DNA of 46,700 bases. It comes from an uncultured Campylobacter sp. (lineage in GTDB: Bacteria > Campylobacterota > Campylobacteria > Campylobacterales > Campylobacteraceae). Within the stretch, counting starts at the first letter, position 1; the number at the start of each line of letters is the position of its first letter. Positions 8,899 to 19,001 of this stretch are shown here, piece by piece. The stretch is taken from positions 1-46,700 of the forward strand of contig CAUQOI010000001.1 of NCBI GenBank assembly GCA_963519525.1. The letters run 5' to 3'. Both the position numbers and the translations under genes were made by a program. Below the pieces are notes generated by a model, which worked only from the letters and a program-made list of their open reading frames with translations, was not told the DNA's origin and searched no databases.

Positions 8899-9591
8899 TC
8901 AGTGATAATTTATCCGGTAAAGCTTCTGCGCAAACTCGAAATCCTCGGGCGTGTCGATGTCGCAGACCAAATTTCGCGGTAGCAAAAACGCCCTTGAGTG
9001 CGGCGCAAAGATCGGTTTTTTCTCCAGCCACGCCTCGCGCCTGCCGAAATAAAACGCGCCTGCGTCGTGATAAGCTCGCTCTAGATCTTGCGAGCGAGTT
9101 AGCGCAAACTGCGGGTAAAACATACTTGCGGCGCCATCCTTGCTAAGCCTAATCGCACGCTGGATAGGGAAGCTAAACTCCGTCGCGGAAAATAAAAACT
9201 CGCACTCTGTTTCCTCAAATTGGCCGTATGCCTCGCGTAAAATTTCTCCCGTGATAAGCGGCGCAGTCGCGTATAGGCAGCAAACGCGGGGGTATCCGCC
9301 CAGCCTCGCCGCCGTGTCCGCTACGGCGTCGCTGCTCGTGGCGTAGTCGTCGCTTAGCGCGGCGTCTCTCATAAACGGAACCTGCGCGCCAAATTTAACT
9401 GCGACGTCTGCTATCAGGGCGTCGTCGGTGCTCACTATGACGCGCTCGAAAACGCCAGAATTTAGCGCCGCCTCGATGCTGTAAGCTATCAGCGGCTTGC
9501 CTAAAAAATCTTTAACGTTTTTGCGCGGTATGCGCTTGCTGCCGCCGCGAGCCGGGATGACGCAAAGGGCGTGGTTTTGGTTTTCTATCAT
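8899..9591 (-). CDS. pseF: Pseudaminic acid cytidylyltransferase
   Basis: CVIPARGGSKRIPRKN, VSTDD, DIDTPEDF; start at ATG 9591 preferred. Confidence 0.93.
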   Translation of the reverse strand: MIENQNHALCVIPARGGSKRIPRKNVKDFLGKPLIAYSIEAALNSGVFERVIVSTDDALIADVAVKFGAQVPFMRDAALSDDYATSSDAVADTAARLGGYPRVCCLYATAPLITGEILREAYGQFEETECEFLFSATEFSFPIQRAIRLSKDGAASMFYPQFALTRSQDLERAYHDAGAFYFGRREAWLEKKPIFAPHSRAFLLPRNLVCDIDTPEDFEFAQKLYRINYH

Positions 9592-9604
9592 CAAATTTAC
9601 CGCC

Positions 9605-10735
9605 CTAAACCCTGCAGCCTTGCGGCGTATCAAAGCTCTTTAAAACCTCAAAAAGCGCGTCTGCGACGAAATTTGCGTCCTCTAGGCTCATACACTGATG
9701 GCACGGGATACTAAGCTCGGCGGCGTAAAAATCCTCGGCGCTAGGAACCGAAATATCGCCGTAGCGCTCGCGGTAAAAGCTAAATTTATAAGTCGGTTTG
9801 TAGTGCACTTGTACGCCGATGCCGCGCGCGTGAAGGGCGGCAAATATGTCCTCTTTGGCGCACCAAAACTGGCGAAATAGCAAGATAGGGTAGAGGTGGC
9901 GCGAACTAACGACGTCGCCGGGTAGCTTCACGGTGCTAAAATACGGACTTTTCTCAAATTTTTCGTCGTAAAATTTGGCGATTTTCTCGCGCGCCGCGAT
10001 GGTTTCGTCTAACCTTTTTAGCTGATTTAGTCCTAGCGCGCAGGCGACGTCGGGTAGGCGGTAGTTGTAGCCAAGCAAGCTCTGATCGCTGTCCCAGAGG
10101 CGTTTTTTGGCTATGCCGTGCGAGCGGTAGAGGCGTGCCAGGCGCGCGATCTCGTCATCGTTAGTCGCTAGCGCGCCGCCCTCAAAGGTCGTTAGCGGCT
10201 TAACGGGGTGAAAGCTAAAAATGCTAACGTCCGCTTTTGCGCCGACTTTGACGCCGCTTTGCGAGCTGCCCAGCGCGTGCGAAGCGTCGTCAAGCACCTT
10301 TATGCCGCGCTGCTTGGCTAGTTTTAAGATGGCGTCTAAATTTACTGGATTGCCGCCGAAATCAACCGCCGTTATGACTTTTGTTTTGGGCGTGATTAGG
10401 CTTGCTAGCGCGTTTTCGTCAATATTTCCGTTAAATTTGACGGGTGCAAATTTAACCTCGGCTCCCGCCATTAGCGCCGCGTTTGCCGTCGCCGCAAACG
10501 TGATGGGCGTCGTTATGACCTCGTCTCCCTCTCTCACGCCTAGTGCTAGATACGCGACGTGAAGTGCCGACGTCGCCGAGTTCATCGCTACGACGTGCTT
10601 TATGCCGACGTATTTTGCGATAGCCTGCTCAAATTCGCCGACCTTGTCGCCGCCGGTTAGGATATCGTCTTTTAGGGCGCTCACGACAGCGGCGATGTCG
10701 GAGTCGGTGATTTGTTGTCTGCTATAAGGTATCAT
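9605..10735 (-). CDS. pseC: UDP-4-amino-4,6-dideoxy-N-acetyl-beta-L-altrosamine transaminase
   Basis: MIPYSRQ, NSATSALH, SFHPVKPLTTFEGG (DegT family); AAGGA RBS before ATG 10735. Confidence 0.95.
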   Translation of the reverse strand: MIPYSRQQITDSDIAAVVSALKDDILTGGDKVGEFEQAIAKYVGIKHVVAMNSATSALHVAYLALGVREGDEVITTPITFAATANAALMAGAEVKFAPVKFNGNIDENALASLITPKTKVITAVDFGGNPVNLDAILKLAKQRGIKVLDDASHALGSSQSGVKVGAKADVSIFSFHPVKPLTTFEGGALATNDDEIARLARLYRSHGIAKKRLWDSDQSLLGYNYRLPDVACALGLNQLKRLDETIAAREKIAKFYDEKFEKSPYFSTVKLPGDVVSSRHLYPILLFRQFWCAKEDIFAALHARGIGVQVHYKPTYKFSFYRERYGDISVPSAEDFYAAELSIPCHQCMSLEDANFVADALFEVLKSFDTPQGCRV

Positions 10736-10749
10736 TTTTGTCCTTTTTT

Positions 10750-10883
10750 GGCTTGTCTTTTTGGCGGCTCGTCTTTTTCCGCTATACGTCGTTAAATTTA
10801 AAATTTTCTCGGTCACGTATTTTATATACGCTCCCTCGCAAATTTTAAATTTGCCTCGTCTAACAAAAAAATACTTTGCCTCG
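10750..10883 (-). repeat. Palindromic intergenic element, copy A (before the pseC RBS)
   Basis: On the minus strand: GTATTTTT...AAATTTAAAATTTGCGAGGGAGCGTATATAAAATACGTGACCGAGAAAATTTTAAATTT...AAAAAGACAAGCC; aligns with 11948-12058. Confidence 0.75.
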
Positions 10884-10933
10884 TTTTTCTAAATTTAAAG
10901 GCTTCGGCTCAAATTTTATAAATTTCGGCCAAA

Positions 10934-11932
<999 letters not shown>

Positions 11933-11947
11933 TTATTTTTGCCTTTC

Positions 11948-12058
11948 GCGGCTCGTTTTTCGCCGTACGAAGTAAATTTAAAATCGTTCAGCTGCGTATC
12001 TTGCATACGCTTCTTCGCAAATTTTAAATTTGTCTCACCTAGCTAAAACGGTTCGCCG
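11948..12058 (-). repeat. Palindromic intergenic element, copy B (pseB leader)
   Basis: GCGGCTCGT...AAATTTAAAAT...CGTATCTTGCATACGCT...TCGCAAATTTTAAATTTG, homologous to copy A. Confidence 0.75.
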
Positions 12059-12082
12059 TTTATTTAAATTTTATTCAGCCGG

Positions 12083-12098
12083 AGCAAAAACCGTGCCT
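12083..12098 (-). promoter_or_regulatory. sigma54 (RpoN) promoter for the pse operon
   Basis: Minus strand AGGCACGGTTTTTGCT: GG-N10-GC, matching TGGCACGNNNNTTGC. Confidence 0.8.
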
Positions 12099-12133
12099 TA
12101 AATTTGATTCAAAATTTAGCTCGTTAAATTTGT

Positions 12134-12288
12134 TTAGGTGCGGTATTTTTGATTTTACTTCGCTCTTTACGCTCGTAACGAGATTTTGCTACGAGAAGGC
12201 GAGGCGGATTAAATTTTAAGCGGATAAAGGTTACCCGGCTTAAAATTTGTAATCCAGCGAAGCATAAGCAAAAAAGACAAGCCCCTAA
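12134..12288 (+). repeat. Palindromic intergenic element, copy C (3' of dcd)
   Basis: Ends GGTGCGGTATTTTT...AAAAAGACAAGCCC, shared with 35519-35641; internal GGATTAAATTTTAAGC/GCTTAAAATTTGTAATCC stem. Confidence 0.75.
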
Positions 12289-12289
12289 G

Positions 12290-12850
12290 CTACTTCAAAA
12301 TCCTAGGCAGGGTTATGCCCTCCTGTGCCTGATATTTGCCCTTTTTGTCCGCATACGTCACCTCGCACGGCTCATCACCCTCGATAAATAGCACCTGCGC
12401 GATGCCTTCGTTCGCGTAAATTTTAGCCGGTAGCGGCGTCGTATTTGATATCTCGATCGTGATGTGCCCCTTAAATCCCGGCTCAAAAGGCGTGACGTTT
12501 ACGATGATACCGCAGCGAGCATAGGTGCTTTTGCCTAGGCAGATGGCTAGCACGTTATCTGGCATGTTAAAGTACTCGATCGTGCGCGCTAGAGCGAATG
12601 AATTTGGCGGCACGATGCAGACGTCGCCTTTAAAGTCCACAACGTTTTTCTCATCGAAATTTTTTGGATCGACCACGGTACCGCCGATGTTCGTAAAAAT
12701 TTTAAACTCGTCTCCTACGCGGATATCGTAGCCGTAACTAGACACTCCGTAGCTCACCACGCCGCGCCCGACTTGCTCCTCGGCAAACGGCACTATCATC
12801 GCCTTTTCGTGAGACATCTTGCGTATCCAGGCGTCAGATTTCAGCCCCAT
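12290..12850 (-). CDS. dcd: dCTP deaminase
   Basis: [39 protein letters not shown]. Confidence 0.97.
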   Translation of the reverse strand: MGLKSDAWIRKMSHEKAMIVPFAEEQVGRGVVSYGVSSYGYDIRVGDEFKIFTNIGGTVVDPKNFDEKNVVDFKGDVCIVPPNSFALARTIEYFNMPDNVLAICLGKSTYARCGIIVNVTPFEPGFKGHITIEISNTTPLPAKIYANEGIAQVLFIEGDEPCEVTYADKKGKYQAQEGITLPRILK

Positions 12851-12877
12851 TTTTTACCTTTATTTTAAATTTACGCG

Positions 12878-12886
12878 ATTATAACA
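12878..12886 (-). promoter_or_regulatory. sigma70 extended -10 (TGTTATAAT) for dcd
   Basis: TGnTATAAT about 28 nt upstream of the dcd start. Confidence 0.6.
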
Positions 12887-12907
12887 TAATTTAAATTTAT
12901 GTAAAAT

Positions 12908-13105
12908 TTGGGCGCTCATATGAACGTTACAGGCCTTGGCGCAACTAAACTAGAGGGCGAAAAGCTAAAAGATCTAGCCACTACCGAGCTTGGTATCGAG
13001 GCTGCATTTACCAGAAATTTTAGAGTCGGCCTTAGCTACGTTGGAGCATACGGCAGCAATGTAAAATCAAACGGGGTAAACGCCAAATTTAGTTGGGCGT
13101 TTTAA
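12908..13105 (+). pseudogene. C-terminal remnant of an autotransporter/outer-membrane beta-barrel gene
   Basis: Amphipathic strands ending ...NGVNAKFSWAF (BAM C-terminal Phe signature); no signal peptide, no RBS and no room for a 5' part. Confidence 0.65.
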
Positions 13106-13135
13106 TCTTTTGGATTAAAAGCTTAAATTTACCTA

Positions 13136-13163
13136 TAGCGAGCTAAATTTACTTAGCTCGCTA
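13136..13163. terminator. Hairpin after the autotransporter remnant
   Basis: TAGCGAGCTAA-N6-TTAGCTCGCTA. Confidence 0.55.
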
Positions 13164-13404
13164 CGGGCTTAAATTTGACTTTGTAAATTTGCTGCATTTT
13201 GGAGATAGAAATTTGTCTCAAAAATGCGGCTTAGAAAATTAAGCCGATAGATACGACTTGCGCCGCTGCTTGTAAGATCTCTTAATGTCTACTTCGATAT
13301 TTTAGTAATTGCGCCTTAAAAAACTACAAATGCAGTTTGGTAAAGCAAGAGAAATCGTGATTAGCGTCCCGTTAATCAGCAAGAAACCGACCGCGGATCT
13401 AACG

Positions 13405-13920
13405 CTAGTAGCCTTTTTCATTTAGCTCTCTATAATTATCACACCCTAGTTGAAGCCCTAGATCGCAGGCTTTGCCGTAGTACTCTTTTGCGGTAGGGAA
13501 ATTTTGTCTTACACCTTGACCGTATTCGTATAAAACACCTAAACTGGCGCAACCCGAAGTATTTCCCCCATCACAAGCTTTTTGATAAAAGTGGGCTGCC
13601 TTTTTGTAGTCCTGTTTTACGCCTTGACCTTTTGCATATAAAAATCCTAACATACCACAACCCAAAGCCTCTCCCCCATCACAAGCTTTTTGATAAAAGT
13701 GGGCTGCTTTTTGATAGTTTTGTCCTACACCTTGACCGTTATCGTATAAAACTCCTAAATTAAAGCAACCCGTAGCTTCTCCTCTATCACAAGCTTTTTG
13801 ATAAAGCTGGCTTGCTTTTTGGTAGTCACCCTGATTATAAGCTTCTGCTGCTAGCTTTGTAAGATCTTCGGAAAATCCAACGGAAAACAAAATGACGAGT
13901 AAAACAAAAACTCTTTTCAT
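13405..13920 (-). CDS. Secreted Sel1-repeat cysteine-rich protein (Hcp-like)
   Basis: Signal peptide; repeats YQKACDxGxxxGCxxLGxLYxxGQGV with 108-bp DNA periodicity (13570, 13678, 13786). Confidence 0.9.
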   Translation of the reverse strand: MKRVFVLLVILFSVGFSEDLTKLAAEAYNQGDYQKASQLYQKACDRGEATGCFNLGVLYDNGQGVGQNYQKAAHFYQKACDGGEALGCGMLGFLYAKGQGVKQDYKKAAHFYQKACDGGNTSGCASLGVLYEYGQGVRQNFPTAKEYYGKACDLGLQLGCDNYRELNEKGY

Positions 13921-14145
13921 CTCTACTCCTTTATATATAAAATATTTAAATTATATTTTGTCTTTTTTGGGCTTAGATTGTTATTAATTATTTTGGCTCG
14001 AGGTAAACTAAGCGGATTTTAGCCGCAACGTTATCATATCCAAATGCTACTTTGCTACATTTTGCCTACAAGAACGCGGTTTTATCGCAACTTATTGCTT
14101 CTTGTTTGACATTAAATTTTGCCGAATAAATTTAAAAACCCTGTT

Positions 14146-14172
14146 TATTATTTTGTGTAGTTATAAATAATA
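14146..14172. promoter_or_regulatory. Candidate metalloregulator (NikR-like) operator
   Basis: Palindrome TATTATTT-N11-AAATAATA upstream of the Ni/Co transporter genes; AT-rich context lowers specificity. Confidence 0.35.
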
Positions 14173-14283
14173 CCAGAATATTTTTCTTATACTTTAAATA
14201 TGATTTATCTCAAAAATTTAATAAATAATAAGCTTTGCAGGGATACAATTTCATTTAACAAAATACCTTCAAAAGGAGCAAAA

Positions 14284-15030
14284 ATGAAAATCAAGTCTTT
14301 GGCGCTTATGCTTTTGGGCGTTAGCGCTTATGCGCATTTTGGTATGGTCGTACCGTCAAATTCAACCGTGGACGACGAGAAAGAGGCAAATTTGCAGATC
14401 ACTTACAAATTTACCCATCCTTTTGAGGGCGATATGATGAATCTGGCCCTTCCAAACGAGGCGGGCGTTTTTGTAAACGGCAAAAAAGAGGCGATCAAGA
14501 GTCTAAAAGAGCTTAAAGAGGATAAATTTAGCTACTTTACGGCTAGCTACGACGCAAAAGAGCCTGGCATTTATCAGTTTTATATGGATCCAAAGCCGTA
14601 TTTCGAGCCTGCGGAGGATAAATTTATAAGGCATATAACAAAAACCGTCGTCGATGTCTACGGCTACGGCGAGGGCTGGGATAAACCGACTGGACTAAAA
14701 GCCGAGATAGTGCCGCTAACGCGTCCATATGGGCTTTATAAGGGAAATTTGTTTTCAGGCGTGGTTTATTATAAAGGAAAACGCGCCAAAAACGTAACCG
14801 TAGAGGTGGAGTACTATAATACCAAAGGGCTAAAAGCTCCGTCTGATGCGCATGTGACGCAGGTCGTAAACACTAACGAGCAGGGCGAATTTAGCTTTGC
14901 GATGCCGCTTGAGGGCTGGTGGGGATTTGCCGCGCTGATAGACGACGACCAAAAGATAAAACACGAGGGCAAAGAGTATCCCGTGGAGCTTGGAGCCGTC
15001 ATATGGGTGCAAACTAAAGAGTATAAATAA
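14284..15030 (+). CDS. DUF4198 periplasmic protein (Ni/Co ECF-associated)
   Basis: Signal peptide then AHFGMVVP, FTHPFEG, EIVPLTRPYGLY, GWWGFAAL; AAGGAG RBS before ATG 14284. Confidence 0.85.
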   Translation: MKIKSLALMLLGVSAYAHFGMVVPSNSTVDDEKEANLQITYKFTHPFEGDMMNLALPNEAGVFVNGKKEAIKSLKELKEDKFSYFTASYDAKEPGIYQFYMDPKPYFEPAEDKFIRHITKTVVDVYGYGEGWDKPTGLKAEIVPLTRPYGLYKGNLFSGVVYYKGKRAKNVTVEVEYYNTKGLKAPSDAHVTQVVNTNEQGEFSFAMPLEGWWGFAALIDDDQKIKHEGKEYPVELGAVIWVQTKEYK

Positions 15031-15618
15031 ATGCACATTAGCGAAGGCGTTTTAAAACCCGAGATCGTCGTGCCTTGCTCGGCCCTTTGCGTAGTTTTGG
15101 TGTCTAGCTTGATTTACAAGCTAAAAACGAGCGAGATACCCAAGGTAGCGGCCGTCAGCGCGATGTTTTTTATGGCGTCTTTTATCCACGTGCCCATCGG
15201 CGTTACCTCGATACATCTCGTGCTAAGCGGCCTTGCGGGGGCGTTTTTGGGCGCAAATGCCGTTTTGGCTATTTTTATCGCGCTGTTTTTTCAGGCTTTG
15301 CTGTTTGGTTACGGCGGCCTGAGCGCGCTTGGCGTAAATTTGCTGATCATCGCCTCCCCCGCGCTTCTTAGCCCCTATCTTTTAAAGTTATCTTTTAAGC
15401 GATACAGATCGTTTTTCTGGTTTCTAGTCGGGTTTTTGCCTATACTTTGCTCCTCGGCTTTGCTCTCCTTGACGCTTGTTTTAAACGGCAAAGAATTCGC
15501 CCCCGTAGCCGCGCTTGTTTTTACTTCAAATTTAGCCCTCATGGCGCTTGAGGGGATCATCTCGCTTTTTGCGCTCTCTTTTATTTTTAGGGTTAAAAAG
15601 GATCTTTTGATTTGCTAA
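15031..15618 (+). CDS. cbiM: Co/Ni ECF transporter S component
   Basis: MHISEGVL N-terminal metal-binding motif; multiple TM helices; QALLFGYGGLSALGVN. Confidence 0.92.
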   Translation: MHISEGVLKPEIVVPCSALCVVLVSSLIYKLKTSEIPKVAAVSAMFFMASFIHVPIGVTSIHLVLSGLAGAFLGANAVLAIFIALFFQALLFGYGGLSALGVNLLIIASPALLSPYLLKLSFKRYRSFFWFLVGFLPILCSSALLSLTLVLNGKEFAPVAALVFTSNLALMALEGIISLFALSFIFRVKKDLLIC

Positions 15619-16064
15619 AAATACTTTTAATGATGCTTTTTGCAAGCATCCTAAACGCGCACTCGCTAAAAGGCTTTGCAAAGCAAGAGGGTGAATTCGT
15701 CGAGATAAAGAGCTATTTTTACGGAAATTCCCCTTGTAAAAACTGCCCCGTATATTTTATAAAAGACGGCGCCGAGATAGGGGGCGCGCAAACCGACGAA
15801 AACGGCTTTGCTAGGGTTAAAATCCCCGCCGATGAATTTGAAATCCTGATCGACGGCGGACTGGCGCACGAAAAAAGGATCAAATTTACCGCAAACAAAG
15901 CCGAGCTAAAAAGCGCCGAAAGTAATGCGTCAAGCAATACCTCAAAGGTCAAATTTGACGAAAGCGAGGAGGATTTTAGGGCTTACACGCTTAAATTTAT
16001 CCTTGCGTTTTTGGGAATCGGGATGTTTTTCGGCGGAATATATCTAGCAAAAAGAGGCAAATGA
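15612..16064 (+). CDS. CbiL/NikL-like ECF accessory protein
   Basis: Signal peptide ending AH, GxTDENG, GGLAH and a C-terminal TM anchor; lies between cbiM and cbiQ. Confidence 0.65.
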   Translation: MLKILLMMLFASILNAHSLKGFAKQEGEFVEIKSYFYGNSPCKNCPVYFIKDGAEIGGAQTDENGFARVKIPADEFEILIDGGLAHEKRIKFTANKAELKSAESNASSNTSKVKFDESEEDFRAYTLKFILAFLGIGMFFGGIYLAKRGK

Positions 16065-16708
16065 ACCTATCCGTTTTACTCGTTTGCTTTACTTTTTTTA
16101 GTTTCAAAGTCTCGCTTTCAAGCGCTACGGACGCCGTTTTCATCGCGCCCGTGCTATTTTTGGCGATTTTAAATTTTAAAAATCTTTTTGAAATTTTAAA
16201 ATCCGTTTTAAAACTAAATATTTTTATAATCTTAGTCGTATTAAGCCTCGTTCTTTACGGAGAATACGCGCTTGCAAAGCTGATATTTATAAGGTCAAAT
16301 TTGATCATACTTTTTGGACGGTTGGCTTTTTATAGGAGCGATTATTTTAGTATCGCGCTTGCGGTTTCGTCGCTAAATTTAGGCGATAAGCTAACGGCGA
16401 TTTTTTATTTTAGCGCTAAATTTACGGCCGATCTTAAAACGATATTTATGAGGCTAAAAAAGACTTTAAAGGTTCGGGGATTTGAGCCTAAAGCCTCGCT
16501 TTTTACCTATAAAATTTACGCAAATTTGGTCGCTATGCTTTTTTTAGAGGCGTTTTATAAGGCGAGCGTGCTTGAAAAAACCTTTGTTTGTAGGGGATTT
16601 GACGGCAAACTTTACGGAGATAAAAGCCTCAAAATAGGCGCGAAAGACGCCGCTATAATCGCTTTAACGGCGTGTTGTTATATTTCTAGTTTAGGAGTCC
16701 TGATATGA
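16061..16708 (+). CDS. cbiQ: ECF transporter T component
   Basis: Hydrophobic, with two xRGF motifs (VRGF, CRGF). Confidence 0.85.
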   Translation: MNLSVLLVCFTFFSFKVSLSSATDAVFIAPVLFLAILNFKNLFEILKSVLKLNIFIILVVLSLVLYGEYALAKLIFIRSNLIILFGRLAFYRSDYFSIALAVSSLNLGDKLTAIFYFSAKFTADLKTIFMRLKKTLKVRGFEPKASLFTYKIYANLVAMLFLEAFYKASVLEKTFVCRGFDGKLYGDKSLKIGAKDAAIIALTACCYISSLGVLI

Positions 16709-17355
16709 GCTGCACGATAAGCCTAGAAAACGTCTGCGCAAAAATAGGCGAAAGAACGCTTTTTGAAAATCTAAATTTAAACGCGACGCACAAAGACAAA
16801 ATCGCTCTCATAGGCCCAAACGGCTGCGGTAAAAGCACGTTGCTAGAGATAATGGCGGGGCTTAAAGCACCTTGCGGCGGGCATATCGAGCTTTTTCACC
16901 ATAAAATTTCAAATTTAGACGAGTACAAACCGTTTCGCCGCGACGTGGGCTATCTTTTTCAAGAGAGCAACGATTGCTTTATCTGTCCTAGCGTGCTTGA
17001 TGACGTGATGTTTTCGCTACTTAGCCGCGGCGAGGACAAAGAGCCGGCCGGGGCAAAAGCAGAGGAAATTTTACGCGAGCTTGAAATTTGGCATCTAAAA
17101 GACGAGATCGTTTTTAATCTCTCGGGAGGCGAGAAAAAGCTCGTCGCGCTAGCTGGGATACTGGTGGCTGGGCCTAAAATTTTACTACTTGACGAGCCTA
17201 CGACCGCGCTTGATGCACAGATGCAAGCAAGGATAGCCGCTATCTTAAAATCCCTCGACGTCACGCAGATAATCGTCTCTCACGACAAGGAATTTATAAG
17301 CGACGTAGCGAGCGCGATGTACCGTCTAACCAAAAACGGACTAGAGTCGATATAA
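16705..17355 (+). CDS. cbiO: ECF transporter ATPase
   Basis: GPNGCGKST, LSGGEKK, LLLDEPT, SHD. Confidence 0.88.
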   Translation: MSCTISLENVCAKIGERTLFENLNLNATHKDKIALIGPNGCGKSTLLEIMAGLKAPCGGHIELFHHKISNLDEYKPFRRDVGYLFQESNDCFICPSVLDDVMFSLLSRGEDKEPAGAKAEEILRELEIWHLKDEIVFNLSGGEKKLVALAGILVAGPKILLLDEPTTALDAQMQARIAAILKSLDVTQIIVSHDKEFISDVASAMYRLTKNGLESI

Positions 17356-17464
17356 AATATTTTTATTTATACTTTTCTAAAATAACTCCAAAAATAGCAA
17401 AATTTATCAATGTATAATGATATATTTCATAAAATTACTAAATTTTATTACAAAGGAGAATTTT

Positions 17465-18166
17465 ATGAAAAAATTACTACTTATTTCTATCGCAGCCGCG
17501 GTTGCATTCGGCGGCGAAAATTTGCTCGTGGGTGCTGGCGGCGGATACAAAAAGCCGGTCAGCGAAGTGATAGAAAATCTCAAAAAAGAGGGCGTGCAGA
17601 TCGAAGGCGCGTTTGCAAATTTGGGTCAGATAACCATCCAGGCAAAAGAGGGCAAGATGGCTGCGATCGTTGGCGACGAGGCGTTTTTAAAGAAAACGGA
17701 TCTGGACATAAAAGGCTATGAGCGCATCGGCAAGGGCGCACTCGTGCTGGTCACGCCAAAAGGCAAGCAGATAAAAGACGCCTCTGAGCTAAAAAATCTA
17801 GCTAAAATCGCTATGCCGGACTCTAAAAAAGCGATCTATGGCGTTAGGACGACGGAGTTTTTGAAAAACTCGGGGCTAGAGGCTGATCTAGTGCCTAAGA
17901 TGCTACCGGTCGCGGGCGTACCGCAAGTGGTCACCTACGTCACGAACGGCGAAGTGGATGCTGGCTTTATCAACTCGACCGAAGCAGTGGCTAGAGAGGG
18001 CGAGTTTGGTAGCGTGATCTATATCGACGAGGCGCTTTATAGCCCTGTTTTTATCTCGGCGGCAAAGCTTGCTGCGTGCGAGGGTAACGAGGCTTGCGCT
18101 AAATTTATAGACGAGATAAAAACTCCTCGTTCGAAGGAAATTTTCGCTAAATTCGGGCTAAAATAA
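17465..18166 (+). CDS. modA: Molybdate ABC transporter periplasmic binding protein
   Basis: Signal peptide, KAIYG, GEVDAGFIN; AAGGAG RBS; precedes modB. Confidence 0.8.
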   Translation: MKKLLLISIAAAVAFGGENLLVGAGGGYKKPVSEVIENLKKEGVQIEGAFANLGQITIQAKEGKMAAIVGDEAFLKKTDLDIKGYERIGKGALVLVTPKGKQIKDASELKNLAKIAMPDSKKAIYGVRTTEFLKNSGLEADLVPKMLPVAGVPQVVTYVTNGEVDAGFINSTEAVAREGEFGSVIYIDEALYSPVFISAAKLAACEGNEACAKFIDEIKTPRSKEIFAKFGLK

Positions 18167-18341
18167 TTTAAATCGAGGGCTTTTGGCTCGGTTAAATTTA
18201 CCGTCAAATTTCTGCTTTAATGGAGCGAAATTTGACGATTTTTACCGCTCAAATTTGATGTCAAATTTGATTTAAACGCTAAAATTTACTCGCTAAATTT
18301 AACTCAAACGAAAAGCAAAATTTAACGAAAAAAGGAAAAAT

Positions 18342-19001
18342 TTGCACGAACTCGCCTGGCTTATTCACCCGCTGCTTTTAAGCGCCAAAACGCTAGCCGT
18401 TACTTTCGTACTGCTCCTGTTTTTGGGGCTCGGCGCGGCTTATTTTTTGGCGTTTTATCGCGGCAAATTTAAAGCCGTTTTAGAAGCGGCCGTGATGTTT
18501 CCGCTCATTTTTCCGCCGATTGCTACGGGATTTTTACTGCTTTACGTCTTGGGGCGAAACGGCGTGATCGGCAAGGCGTTAAATTTACAGATCGTTTTTA
18601 GCTTTTCGGCGCTTGTTATAGCTTCGTTTTTGGCGGGCTTGCCTCTGTTTGTAAAGCCCGTTCAAAGCGCGCTTGAAAGTCTGCCTAAAAGCTTAATCGA
18701 AGCGGGTCAAAGCCTAGGCAAAAATCGCTTTGAGATCGCCGTTTTTATCCTCATTCCAAACGTCTTTAAAAGCGTTGTTTCGGCGCTCGTTTTGGCTCTA
18801 GCTCGCGGTCTTGGCGAGGTCGGTATCACGCTGATGCTAGGCGGCAACATCGTGGGTAAAACCGACACCGTTTCGCTAGCGATTTATAACGCAGTTTACG
18901 ACGGCGAAAACGGCCGCGCGCTAATTTTAAGCGTGATTTTGGTCGTGCTTAGCTTGGTGCTTTTTGGATTTATAAATTTTCTCGAGCGAGCTAAAAAATA
19001 G
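18342..19001 (+). CDS. modB: Molybdate ABC transporter permease
   Basis: FPLIFPPIATGFLLL, EAA-like loop, ARGLGEVGITLMLGGNI; TTG start after AAGGA. Confidence 0.88.
   Translation: MHELAWLIHPLLLSAKTLAVTFVLLLFLGLGAAYFLAFYRGKFKAVLEAAVMFPLIFPPIATGFLLLYVLGRNGVIGKALNLQIVFSFSALVIASFLAGLPLFVKPVQSALESLPKSLIEAGQSLGKNRFEIAVFILIPNVFKSVVSALVLALARGLGEVGITLMLGGNIVGKTDTVSLAIYNAVYDGENGRALILSVILVVLSLVLFGFINFLERAKK

Noticed and set aside
13560..13810. 108-bp DNA repeats as a separate repeat system
   Set aside because: Fully explained by the 36-aa Sel1 protein repeats.
13920..14283. Cobalamin or NiCo riboswitch before the cbiM module
   Set aside because: No recognisable B12-box or conserved core is seen by eye.
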